From the IMG/VR virus record IMGVR_UViG_3300014205_004150: a stretch of 64,000 bases of DNA. One strand, written 5' to 3'. This stretch comes from an uncultured virus (IMG/VR IMGVR_UViG_3300014205_004150) (taxonomy: Duplodnaviria; Heunggongvirae; Uroviricota; Caudoviricetes). Positions 9,261 to 19,044 of the stretch are shown here, in pieces. The position numbers and the translations under genes were made by a program. Numbering within the stretch: the first letter of the stretch is position 1; each line of letters opens with the position of its first letter. The notes beneath the pieces are model-generated. The model saw only the letters and a program-made list of their open reading frames with translations, was not told the DNA's origin and did no database searches.

Positions 9261-9713
9261 TTACCAATCCCACAGCGAAGTTTCACTATTCCTGAAACCA
9301 CGATAACTATCATCATATCTTGTAATCCGTGAAGAAACGCGCGAAGAAGTCCTAACAAACCCACGTATCTGTCTCTCTGCATCCGCCACAGAATCAGGAT
9401 CTCGGAAATCTATATATATCCAATGGTAAGGGTCTAACCAAAATTTTCCGGGAACGTTCCGGTCAAATTTCAACCCGTATTTTCGAGCAAAATTCAAACG
9501 CAATTTTTCCAAACGATTCTTTTCATCGCGCGCTGCTTCCGATTTCTCAATTGCAGTTCCAATTTTGCGACCTGCATCGCGCGCTGCGCCCGTTATTACT
9601 CCGGCAACCTTTCCCCAAATTTGACTTCGCGCATTATGTTTGCGCCGTTTTAGTTGTGTTTTCTTTTTAATTTTAGTTATTTTTTGTTTCTTTTTTGCCA
9701 CGGTTTTTTTCAT
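9261..9713 (-). CDS. Hypothetical protein with basic N-terminal tail
   Basis: MKKTVAKKKQKITKIKKKTQLKRRK; leaderless TATA. Confidence 0.8.
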   Translation of the reverse strand: MKKTVAKKKQKITKIKKKTQLKRRKHNARSQIWGKVAGVITGAARDAGRKIGTAIEKSEAARDEKNRLEKLRLNFARKYGLKFDRNVPGKFWLDPYHWIYIDFRDPDSVADAERQIRGFVRTSSRVSSRITRYDDSYRGFRNSETSLWDW

Positions 9714-9760
9714 GATATATATCTTTGTTTATAAAAATATTTAAATCTTCCCACGCCACA

Positions 9761-12700
9761 TCAAGCGCAACCCGACCACCCACACGACCGGCAAGTTCCT
9801 TTGTTACACCCAGAACCAAAATCAAGTTTTAACCCACAATCTGGACAAACCGTTTGTTTTGATGCAGAATCTTGTTTTAACTGTTTTGCGTATTTGTTAA
9901 AGTTTTCAATCCATGTTTTTTTCTTCGGTTTGTCGTCAAAATTTATGTCTATATCATCACCCATGGACAACAACAATAGTTGACCGATTATATCAGAACA
10001 TGATTTTCCATCAGAGTTTGCATTTTTTATTGCTACCGGGCACTTTACCTTTTTAAGTTGTCGCACAACGCGCCTGAAATCTATACCATTGCGCAGAGCC
10101 AAACTTGCCATTCTCCCAACAGCTTCGTTTTGTGCTTGGCAACCACCGCTCCCACCAGAAAACGCGAACACTTCATATGGTTTCCCGTCAAGATGGTTTA
10201 TTGTCGTATATAACTTACCACAACCAGAGTTGCGGCAATATGTTACACCAAACAATGATTCGGGTCTATCGATGATATATGGTTCTTCAAATTTCGGTTC
10301 AATGTCTTCTGTATCGAAATTTACAGTTTCTTCTTGTTTTTCTTCTTGTTTCAATGATATTACCTCTTCTTTTCGAGAACCAACCCGATATACAGTAATC
10401 CCCTTGCACCCACTAACCCAAGCCATTATAATAGCCTGTTTAATGTCTTCTCTGGTTGCATTCTTATCAAAATTTATGGTTTTGCTGATTGCGGCATCGA
10501 CATGTTTTTGCATTGCTGCCATAAGTTGGATTTGTCTGCGCCAAGATATATCCTTCGAACAAACAAACAGCCGTTTGAAATCTTCTGGAAGCCAATTGAT
10601 ACCTTGAATACTACCGTGTGTATGGCAATAATCTATCACATGTTCATATTTTTTCTGTATTTCAGATGGGTTTGAATATTTCGACTGCAACAAAAGTTTT
10701 AGTTCCTCGGAAAAAATGGGATGAACCATTTTGAATTCTTTATCTATATTTTTACGTGTCGAAACCCACGACACAATAGGTTCGAGACCCCACGAGCAAT
10801 CTGCAAGAATTGCAATAGTACCGGTTGGGGCAATACACGTTGTAGCTGCATTCCGTTGTGGTTCGGAAATTGTTGATTGGCTCCACAATGGGAAAGAACC
10901 ATATATTTTTGACAACCGTCTTGACTCTTCGTGCGAAACGTCATTAATAAATTTCATAACTTTTGTGCCAATATCAATTGATTCTTCAGAATCATATGGT
11001 ATACCCATTTTGAGGAGCATGTCATGGTATCCCATCAAACCCAAACCGACTTTACGAGTCTTCTTTGTCATTTCTTCGATTTCTGGTATTGGGTATTTGT
11101 TTTTATCAATTATATTGTCCAAAAACTGAACAGACTCTTCAATTGTCATCTTAAGAAGATCCCAATCAATATCTTTCTTTTTTGAAAATATATTTGTGAT
11201 TACAAATTTTGATAAATTTATACTCCCAAGGTTACAATTGTTACTCAAAATGTAAGAATTTTTACCAGCCTTTACGAAATAGTTGTGGGTTTCAAAAACT
11301 TCAATGTTATAGACATCTTCAGGATTTCCAGAAATGATTTCCAACACTTCTTCGCTATAAACCGCATTCGTAACACGAAAAGAAGAGCCGCCTGCAGCAT
11401 CGTGTCTATGGCAAGTAACAATTTTATCACCCGCTTTCAAATTTGCCGCAACAACTATAGAACCATTTTTCAGATGTAACTTATGGTCGGGAGTACATCG
11501 TAAAACTTTTCCACTTTTTAATGCAACATCCAAAATATCTGCATTATCCGCAGTTTTTCTTGCATTTGTAACTACACGATAAACCAGTCTGTTTGAATCG
11601 TCATAACTCAACACCCGGATATCTTTATTTCCAGAAACGAATGAATCTACAACATCTCGAATTTTCATATCTCCGAACGATGTCTGAATTATTGTGTTTC
11701 CAACCCAACAACTCTCAAAAGGAAGCAATGGCTGCTCACCGCAATTTGAAATCAAAACACCGTTTGCAAAAAAATTGTGGTATTTATCTACAGTCAAATC
11801 GTATACATCTTCTCGGTGTGAAATTTTATTGACACATTTAACACATTGTAGTTCCATTTTATCATATTTTGTCGTCATTGTGTTATAAATTAATACATCT
11901 CCTTCAACCAATTTCTCAGCATTTACCCACCCACGATTTTTTGTAAATATTAAATGGTCTGGAGTACATCGCAGCACTGTAGATTTAGTTACAACATCTA
12001 AAAGTTCTGCATTCTCTCTAGTTTTGTGGATATTAAAAGCACGTGAAATTTTTAACGCATTTGTTTTTTCATCGTAACAATAAACTTCTATTTCTTTATC
12101 TATAATATCTCTAATTGGAATGTCACCATACACAGTGTAAACCATAGTGTCTCCGGTGACACACGGATTCGTTGCAACGATATCTCCAACACTCGGAAGA
12201 ACATTGGCTCTATTTATAGTATCATAAAACAAAACTGAAGGTTCGCCATTTTTCCATTCTCCATCTATAATATCATTAAAAAGTTTAATTTCTTTAGAAT
12301 ACTCCGAATTTCCGGAAACAACTTTATCCATGAACACGTCATCAATCATAACAGATATGTTGAAATTTGATAGGATTCCTTCCTCGTATTTACTTTTCAC
12401 AAACCTATCAATCTCAGGGTGATTTACATTTAAAATGCCCATATTCGCCCCACGGCGTTTTCCACCCTGCTTCACCTGCTCTGTTGCCGCATCAAAAACA
12501 GTCATAAACGAAACCGCACCAGATGCAATTCCATGCGTAGAACCAACAGGAGAGCCAGCCGCCCTCAATTTAGAAAAAGAAAACCCAGTTCCCCCTCCAC
12601 TCTTGTGAATAAGGGCACTCCATTTAATCGCATCAAAAATGCCCTCCATGGAATCTTCAACCGGGATAACAAAACATGCAGATAACTGCCCAATTTTTGT

Positions 12701-12910
12701 ACCCGCATTCATCAATGTTGGTGAATTAGGTAGAAAATGTTTTTTTGCTAACAGATTATAGAATTTGATTTCTTCTTCCGGGCTTTTTGCAATTGCTTTT
12801 GCTACGCGCGTGCACAATTGTTCCCAATTTGTTTCAGACGGTTGGAAATATCGCTTTTTTAATATCTCATTTTTGATATCTGTTTCTATTTCTTCGGAAA
12901 TATTAGTCAT
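9761..12910 (-). CDS. nrdJ: Class II (adenosylcobalamin-dependent) ribonucleotide reductase with two inteins and a C-terminal TSCPD/Zn-ribbon region
   Basis: PNSPTLMNAG, LSACFV, GGGTG, RRGANMG, TNP|CGEQPL..ES|CNLGS, IAPTGT, ISKTIN, GCKGITVYR, KSCSD; GAGGTG RBS before ATG 12910. Confidence 0.93.
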   Translation of the reverse strand: MTNISEEIETDIKNEILKKRYFQPSETNWEQLCTRVAKAIAKSPEEEIKFYNLLAKKHFLPNSPTLMNAGTKIGQLSACFVIPVEDSMEGIFDAIKWSALIHKSGGGTGFSFSKLRAAGSPVGSTHGIASGAVSFMTVFDAATEQVKQGGKRRGANMGILNVNHPEIDRFVKSKYEEGILSNFNISVMIDDVFMDKVVSGNSEYSKEIKLFNDIIDGEWKNGEPSVLFYDTINRANVLPSVGDIVATNPCVTGDTMVYTVYGDIPIRDIIDKEIEVYCYDEKTNALKISRAFNIHKTRENAELLDVVTKSTVLRCTPDHLIFTKNRGWVNAEKLVEGDVLIYNTMTTKYDKMELQCVKCVNKISHREDVYDLTVDKYHNFFANGVLISNCGEQPLLPFESCWVGNTIIQTSFGDMKIRDVVDSFVSGNKDIRVLSYDDSNRLVYRVVTNARKTADNADILDVALKSGKVLRCTPDHKLHLKNGSIVVAANLKAGDKIVTCHRHDAAGGSSFRVTNAVYSEEVLEIISGNPEDVYNIEVFETHNYFVKAGKNSYILSNNCNLGSINLSKFVITNIFSKKKDIDWDLLKMTIEESVQFLDNIIDKNKYPIPEIEEMTKKTRKVGLGLMGYHDMLLKMGIPYDSEESIDIGTKVMKFINDVSHEESRRLSKIYGSFPLWSQSTISEPQRNAATTCIAPTGTIAILADCSWGLEPIVSWVSTRKNIDKEFKMVHPIFSEELKLLLQSKYSNPSEIQKKYEHVIDYCHTHGSIQGINWLPEDFKRLFVCSKDISWRRQIQLMAAMQKHVDAAISKTINFDKNATREDIKQAIIMAWVSGCKGITVYRVGSRKEEVISLKQEEKQEETVNFDTEDIEPKFEEPYIIDRPESLFGVTYCRNSGCGKLYTTINHLDGKPYEVFAFSGGSGGCQAQNEAVGRMASLALRNGIDFRRVVRQLKKVKCPVAIKNANSDGKSCSDIIGQLLLLSMGDDIDINFDDKPKKKTWIENFNKYAKQLKQDSASKQTVCPDCGLKLDFGSGCNKGTCRSCGWSGCA
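11237..11710 (-). mobile_element. Mini-intein 2 in NrdJ (158 aa, no endonuclease)
   Basis: Starts CWVGNT; CTPDH; VYNIEV..HNYF; ends LSNN before CNLGS. Confidence 0.9.
11744..12163 (-). mobile_element. Mini-intein 1 in NrdJ (140 aa, no endonuclease)
   Basis: Starts CVTGDT after NP; block B CTPDH; block F VYDLTV..HNFFAN; ends LISN before the extein Cys. Confidence 0.9.
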
Positions 12911-12976
12911 AAAAATAACACCTCTGGTTCCGGATATATTCGACACATAAATATTTTAAGTTTGTGATATCACAAA

Positions 12977-13693
12977 CTATCTCGACAAAAACCGGACACC
13001 AAACAATTCTCGCGCAATCTGCAGAGATGTAAACAATCCGATTTTTGATTCTTTTGGGTTATCTTTCCAGATAATACCAACCTCTTGTATAGACAACCCA
13101 TTTTTCAACATTCTCCACAACAACTCTACATCGAAACCAAAACCGGTTGTTTCACATTCTTGTGCAGTTTTAATAAACACATCTGATTTGAATGCCTTTG
13201 CCCCGCACTGTGTATCTGCATATGGCAATGAAAATGCGGTGCGCGTTATGATATTTAACAATCTGCTATAAATACGTCTAGAAGACGACTGTTTTACGGA
13301 AATAGAATTGTCCATCCACCGTGAGCCGATAACACCATCTAGAGTTGAATTTTCAAGCAAATTAAATAACACGTTCATCTGCTGTAACGAGGCAGAACCA
13401 TCTGCATCTGCATAACCAATATATTTATACTTCTTGCCAAAATCTTCGAGTATATATGCAGACGCCATCAGCGCGCCCCCCTTGCCATATCGTTCGCTTT
13501 GTTCGATAACAAATATTTCTGAATCTTCCATCGGGGGGTTTGCTTTGTAATAATCCCATATAGTTTTTACAGTAGAATCATTGCCATCGCAATAAAACAA
13601 ATAATCAAACGGGTATTTGTTAGATTCTGTAAGAATCGTTTTTATTCTTTTTTCTTCATTATATGCTGGAACAATTAACAATTTTTCACTCAT
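12977..13693 (-). CDS. GT2 dolichyl-phosphate glycosyltransferase (ALG5/DPM-like)
   Basis: IVPAYNE, GKGGA, DADG, IGSR, DTQCGAKAF, FGFDVELL. Confidence 0.88.
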   Translation of the reverse strand: MSEKLLIVPAYNEEKRIKTILTESNKYPFDYLFYCDGNDSTVKTIWDYYKANPPMEDSEIFVIEQSERYGKGGALMASAYILEDFGKKYKYIGYADADGSASLQQMNVLFNLLENSTLDGVIGSRWMDNSISVKQSSSRRIYSRLLNIITRTAFSLPYADTQCGAKAFKSDVFIKTAQECETTGFGFDVELLWRMLKNGLSIQEVGIIWKDNPKESKIGLFTSLQIARELFGVRFLSR

Positions 13694-13764
13694 ATTTGAT
13701 TACCTCAATTTTCATCTATTACAATCAACAGTATCAAAAAACAATTAAAATTCAAAATAAGTTT

Positions 13765-14046
13765 CTATTTCTTTTTTTTCGCAACCTCAACCGAAAAAAT
13801 ATCCGCAAGAAAATATGGCAGTATTTCGCTCCCACATTTGTTACACTTGTACACTGTATCTCTATAATCCGCGTGTTCCTTAAACAGTACATTTATTCCA
13901 TCACACGATATTTTCTTACCATCGGAATCACGCAAATAAACGTTACCATTTCTGGAATACCGACCACACACACCGATATTCGGTGGAACTTCAGTCTTAA
14001 TAATACACAACTCCTTTTTACACATACAATATTGTTTTAAAAACAT
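13765..14046 (-). CDS. Small Zn-ribbon protein
   Basis: YCMCK...CNKCG. Confidence 0.55.
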   Translation of the reverse strand: MFLKQYCMCKKELCIIKTEVPPNIGVCGRYSRNGNVYLRDSDGKKISCDGINVLFKEHADYRDTVYKCNKCGSEILPYFLADIFSVEVAKKKK

Positions 14047-14096
14047 ATAATACTTTCGAAACGCGGCATATTTATATTGTTTAAAATCGATATAAT

Positions 14097-15518
14097 ATGG
14101 GCATGAATTTCAATTTTAAAAACACAACAATATACTTACTACTGATCACGTTTGTCGGAATATTACTCCGGATATACCAAATCGGCAAACAGTCACTGTG
14201 GTTAGACGAAGTATTTACAATGCATGTGTCGCAATTATCGCCATATGAAATATGGAAATTTACAGTATCATCATTTGATGTTCATCCACCACTATTTTAT
14301 TGGTTAGAACACATTTCAATTTCATTTTTAGGATTGACACCACTTGGGTTGAGAATTTTCCCTGCAGTTTTTGGAATTTTAACAATACCAGTGTTTTATG
14401 TCATTGGCAAAGACTTATATAATGAAAATCTTGGGCTGTTATTATCGATTTTTATTGCGATATCACCGTTTCATATATTTCATTCTCAAGATGCCAGAAT
14501 GTATACATTATTTCTACTATTATTCTCGGTATCTGTTCTATTCCTTATAAAATACATCAAAACCAAAAAAACAATCTTTTTTATCACCAGTGCACTCATA
14601 CTTGCCGCGACATGTTATGTGCATTTTTTGTCGTTTGTTCTATCATCAATATTCATATACACGATTTTACTGGTATTATGCTTAGAAAACAAATCATTAA
14701 TTAAAAACACTTTCACACATTTGTGTATATGTGTAATATCCATACTCCCATTGATACCAACCATGGTGACAACAATTTTTTTGAATCCTTCAAACCCGTT
14801 TTACATTGATTCTGGAAGAAATATCGTATATACAGGGATTGACATGATAATCCGGACAACGACACAAATGAGCGGCAGTTCAATCCCATTGTCACTTGGG
14901 TTATATTTTTTAATGATATACGGTGCATATGCAATGCTCCCAACAGTTAAAAACTCAATTATACCAAAAATAACGCTCTTTCCACCGGCGGTGATTACGA
15001 TTATATCAATACCACTTTCCTATAAAATGCAATTAGAGCCACGATATTTTATATTTCTACTTTTACCATTGTTTTTGATAATTTCATATGGTGTTTACGA
15101 ACTATACAATGGCATGAAAACTAGATACACCCGCCTAAATAAAAAAATAATCACAACGGCACTGGTAATAATAATTATATTATTACACACGCCCGCAATA
15201 TATTTCCATTACACCGCAAACACAAAACCAGATTGGAGTGGGTTATCTGGAGAAATATCATCAATTTCAAACACAACCCACATCGTTCTAATCCCGGGTG
15301 GAAACCAAAAATTATTTGAACTATATTACACAAAACCAGCAATATACATAAACACACCAGATGAACTATATGCTATCAAATCGACAGAGAACACATTATT
15401 TGTTATCCCGGGAGATATAAAACATGATAAATATCGCAATGAATATATAGAATGGATTACAAATAACACAACGATAGTTAAAAAATATGATGTGTTTGAA
15501 ATAAGAAGGGGAAATTAG
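14097..15518 (+). CDS. GT-C membrane glycosyltransferase (PMT/GT39-GT83-like)
   Basis: SLWLDE, DVHPPLFY, SQDARMY, PRY; many TM helices. Confidence 0.87.
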   Translation: MGMNFNFKNTTIYLLLITFVGILLRIYQIGKQSLWLDEVFTMHVSQLSPYEIWKFTVSSFDVHPPLFYWLEHISISFLGLTPLGLRIFPAVFGILTIPVFYVIGKDLYNENLGLLLSIFIAISPFHIFHSQDARMYTLFLLLFSVSVLFLIKYIKTKKTIFFITSALILAATCYVHFLSFVLSSIFIYTILLVLCLENKSLIKNTFTHLCICVISILPLIPTMVTTIFLNPSNPFYIDSGRNIVYTGIDMIIRTTTQMSGSSIPLSLGLYFLMIYGAYAMLPTVKNSIIPKITLFPPAVITIISIPLSYKMQLEPRYFIFLLLPLFLIISYGVYELYNGMKTRYTRLNKKIITTALVIIIILLHTPAIYFHYTANTKPDWSGLSGEISSISNTTHIVLIPGGNQKLFELYYTKPAIYINTPDELYAIKSTENTLFVIPGDIKHDKYRNEYIEWITNNTTIVKKYDVFEIRRGN

Positions 15519-15776
15519 ATGGATTTTGTGGCATTGATTCAGTATCCAGCGGTTATATGTACAATTATAAGTTTGTACTATATTGGTAATAAAACCGCAC
15601 AACACAGAAAATATGGATTTTTCATAAGTATAATTGGATGTTCAATTTGGCTTGTATGGGCATTGGCGCAGGTCTATACAAACCCTTCGATAGAATCACC
15701 AATTGGAATAGCTATAACAAACATTGTTATATCGGCAATGTCAGTTCGCGGAATTATAAACAACATAACATATTGA
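15519..15776 (+). CDS. Small membrane protein (about 3 TM)
   Basis: 85 aa, hydrophobic. Confidence 0.65.
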   Translation: MDFVALIQYPAVICTIISLYYIGNKTAQHRKYGFFISIIGCSIWLVWALAQVYTNPSIESPIGIAITNIVISAMSVRGIINNITY

Positions 15777-15787
15777 TAAAGTTAACC

Positions 15788-17407
15788 ATGTATGATATAA
15801 ACGAAATACGAAACCAAGTTTTATGTGGGAATTCACTGGAAATACTGAAAGAAATACCAACAGAATCGGTTCACATGTGTGTAACATCTCCGCCATATTG
15901 GACATTGCGTTCCTATAAAACAGAACCCTATATATGGGGCGGTGACCCAAACTGCAATCACCAGTGGGGAGTTGAGGTAGATACACCGCCCAAGAGAAAA
16001 AAATCTGAAAACAAAATATATGGAAAACACTGCACCAAATGTTCAGCATGGCGTGGAGAACTTGGTTCTGAACCAACACCACATCTATATATATCCCATC
16101 TGATAGAAATATTTTCAGAAATAAAACGAATTTTGCGAAACGATGGGACAGTATGGGTAGTAATCGGAGATTGCTACACGCCTCAATCTAGCCACAAGGG
16201 AGGCACACAATACGACAAATTCAAAAAAACAAGCAACTGGATTGAACGAAGCGAAACAAAAGACACAATACCGTCGTGGGGAAAACCAAAAGATCTTGTA
16301 GGTATACCATGGAGATTTGCATTCGCAATGCAAGATTCTGGCTGGCTATTGAGAAATGATATAATATGGCAAAAACCAAATCCCCTTCCATCACCATCTA
16401 TAGACAGATGTGTTTCTAGCCACGAGCATTGTTTTCTCTTTGCTAAAAGTTTCAAAAATACATTCTGGACACATAGAGACAAATCCGGAACAAGAAAAAA
16501 ACCCAATCCAGATTATAGATATTACGACACCCTGACTGATACGGAAACAGAAACCGAACCGCCACATTGGAAAACAGAGATTATAGAAGAAACCGGCACA
16601 CGAAGGTGGAAACGATACAACCTCTGGAGCGGGCACGCATACTATTTCGACCACATAGCAATCCGTGAACCCGTTACAACAACAAATATAACCACAGATA
16701 TAAAATATGGTGGGACAAAATACCCCGGGAACTGTAACAATACATACAGCGGAAACGATTATATCCCGACCGGGATGCGAAACAAACGTGACGTTTGGAA
16801 AATATCAACTGATAGTTGCCGAGATTCACATTTCGCAGTTTATCCAAAAAAACTAATAGAACCTATGATTTTCGCAGGGACAAGCGAAAATGGCGTGTGT
16901 TCAATATGTGGCGCTCCGCACACACGGGTAACAAGGAAAACAGAACCAAACGAAGAATGGAAAAAACAATGTGGTGCTGACAACAGCGGTAATTATCGAG
17001 GGGAATCAGTTAAAGAGTATGAATCTGCAAAAGCGCAGAACGCGTCTGACGTTAAACGCAGAATACTCGATGGAATGCTGAATGTTGAAACAATAAGATG
17101 GGAACCATCGTGCGATTGTAAAAACGCAGGTATAAACCGACCAATTGTTCTAGACCCATTTTATGGAGCTGGAACAACGGGAATTGTTACAAATCTATAT
17201 AATAGAGACTACATTGGAATTGAAATCAACAGAGATTTTATAGAAATCGCAAAAAACAGATTGCCGCGCGAAATAGAAAAAGAAAAAATAAAACTGACGA
17301 AATTGAAAACCAAAACACAAAACCCATCTAAAACAAAAACCAGCCATGAAAATCCATCTCCAATGGGGGGAATATCTACACTCTTCGATTTCTACGAGAA
17401 ACAATAA
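15788..17407 (+). CDS. Beta-class N4-C/N6-A DNA methyltransferase with large insertions
   Basis: TSPPY (motif IV) precedes HFAVYP and VLDPFYGAGTT (motif I); start reassigned to MYDINE. Confidence 0.9.
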   Translation: MYDINEIRNQVLCGNSLEILKEIPTESVHMCVTSPPYWTLRSYKTEPYIWGGDPNCNHQWGVEVDTPPKRKKSENKIYGKHCTKCSAWRGELGSEPTPHLYISHLIEIFSEIKRILRNDGTVWVVIGDCYTPQSSHKGGTQYDKFKKTSNWIERSETKDTIPSWGKPKDLVGIPWRFAFAMQDSGWLLRNDIIWQKPNPLPSPSIDRCVSSHEHCFLFAKSFKNTFWTHRDKSGTRKKPNPDYRYYDTLTDTETETEPPHWKTEIIEETGTRRWKRYNLWSGHAYYFDHIAIREPVTTTNITTDIKYGGTKYPGNCNNTYSGNDYIPTGMRNKRDVWKISTDSCRDSHFAVYPKKLIEPMIFAGTSENGVCSICGAPHTRVTRKTEPNEEWKKQCGADNSGNYRGESVKEYESAKAQNASDVKRRILDGMLNVETIRWEPSCDCKNAGINRPIVLDPFYGAGTTGIVTNLYNRDYIGIEINRDFIEIAKNRLPREIEKEKIKLTKLKTKTQNPSKTKTSHENPSPMGGISTLFDFYEKQ

Positions 17408-17468
17408 AAGATAAATTATATATACAATCGGCACTAAAACATAGAATTGCAATAAACGGAGCACAAAT

Positions 17469-18719
17469 ATGCGAACGTTTGAAATAAACAACAAAAAATA
17501 TGTTGCACTGACAGATGCATACACCGAACTTGGGATAAATCCAAGTTTCATGTTGAGACTTAAAATCGAAATGTCCGATATCAGAAACCATATCATCAAA
17601 AACCACATCCCAACTGAACATATCGGAAAAGCCGGTAGATATGGTATCGCTGTCATCGACATCGATGGTCTCACAATACTCGCCACGGAATCTCTCAAAC
17701 ATGTGCGCAATAAAGATGCAATCAACTCTTTCTTGGGAAACATGGAATCTTTCTTGCAAGTTACGCCGCATATCGAATCGGCTGAAGACCCAATTGAACC
17801 AGCCACATTACCGTGCCCGACACCGGTTGTTGCTTCGACAACCATTGCGTGTAAAGGCAACGAACTTATTGCGGAAATGTTTAACGGCGATACGCCAGTC
17901 CGCATATATACCGATGCAACGGGTATGCGGTGGGTAATGGCAAGCGACATTTACACTGCAATAAAAATTGATAAAGACTCGGCAAAGAACATATTTAAAC
18001 GAATTAGAGACAAAACCCCATCATATATTAGAATGTTCAACATCAGAGAATTAATGGCGGTTGCGGCAACCGCCATTGTATCAGAACCCGACAAATATTT
18101 TCCCGAATTAAAAATGCGTGGAACAAAAGATAGGATTTACCTAAACAAGTATGGGATCGTCGCATTTCTCCAAGAAATTGATATCGAACGAATAAACGAT
18201 GAAACTAGCAGGGAACTCTGTTACAGTTTCAGGGACTGGATTACAAATTTGGTTGGGGATGTCCTCTCTGGAGATGTATACGCACTAACAAAACCAGAAC
18301 TGGATATGGTTCGTAAAAAAATCAGAACACCGAGCCAGTCTAAAACATTAAAAACAATCGTTGAACAGTTTACCATCGCAACGTGTGTGTCCACAATCAG
18401 CGGGGTATCGCCAGAGGAATGTATTCAGACCGCACTCGAATCAATCGAAACACAACTCCCGCACATCCAGAACATAGGGAATTGGAAAGCAATGGTTACA
18501 AACCATTTTAACACCAATGCGTTGCCCGCCCCGAAAGCTGTTATCACCGCACAGAACCCCGACATCGAACAGACCCTTAACGAACTGATAGCAAAGGTGA
18601 CAAAAATCGAAAAGGGAACTATCAACAGCAAGTATGTCCTCATGTCGATTGAAAACAATGGCATGAACGGAAATAAAATTATGGATGATGCGGAAACACT
18701 CGCAGCAAATTTAAGTTAA
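17469..18719 (+). CDS. Bro-N/antirepressor-like DNA-binding protein
   Basis: FNGDTPVRI...WVMASDI...LNKYGI...FRDWI pattern. Confidence 0.6.
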   Translation: MRTFEINNKKYVALTDAYTELGINPSFMLRLKIEMSDIRNHIIKNHIPTEHIGKAGRYGIAVIDIDGLTILATESLKHVRNKDAINSFLGNMESFLQVTPHIESAEDPIEPATLPCPTPVVASTTIACKGNELIAEMFNGDTPVRIYTDATGMRWVMASDIYTAIKIDKDSAKNIFKRIRDKTPSYIRMFNIRELMAVAATAIVSEPDKYFPELKMRGTKDRIYLNKYGIVAFLQEIDIERINDETSRELCYSFRDWITNLVGDVLSGDVYALTKPELDMVRKKIRTPSQSKTLKTIVEQFTIATCVSTISGVSPEECIQTALESIETQLPHIQNIGNWKAMVTNHFNTNALPAPKAVITAQNPDIEQTLNELIAKVTKIEKGTINSKYVLMSIENNGMNGNKIMDDAETLAANLS

Positions 18720-18768
18720 TTCAAACAACACCATAATATTTTTATTCTTTTATCACCATATTATTAGT

Positions 18769-19044
18769 ATGAATGTTGATGATATTAAAAAAATATTGGA
18801 TGTTGCCTATTTTTCAATTTTGGATGAGAACAATTTAAAACTAGAGTCCACATATGGGATGATTAAATACAGAACCAGAATACTCGAATTGCTAGAAAAA
18901 ATTGAAGAAACCGAACCAACCAAACCCACAAAAAAATCTGAAGACAAAGGAAACGTTACAAAATCGGCAATCACAACAACGGTAGACATTTTTAATAAAA
19001 CTACAGAAGATTTTAAATCGATTTTAAAAACAGGTAAATTGTGA
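18769..19044 (+). CDS. Hypothetical protein
   Basis: 91 aa ORF, GTGA-coupled to the next gene. Confidence 0.6.
   Translation: MNVDDIKKILDVAYFSILDENNLKLESTYGMIKYRTRILELLEKIEETEPTKPTKKSEDKGNVTKSAITTTVDIFNKTTEDFKSILKTGKL

Noticed and set aside
11237..12163. Homing endonucleases within the inteins
   Set aside because: At 140 and 158 aa both are too short, and no LAGLIDADG or HNH motifs are visible.
15516..15521. In-frame TAG-ATG junction as pyrrolysine or stop readthrough fusing the GT-C to the next ORF
   Set aside because: The GT-C paralog at 19041 ends at a similar length, and a purine-rich RBS precedes the ATG; simple translational coupling suffices.
17195..17950. 251-aa minus-strand ORF
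   Set aside because: It overlaps the MTase and Bro-like genes on the opposite strand and has no motifs.
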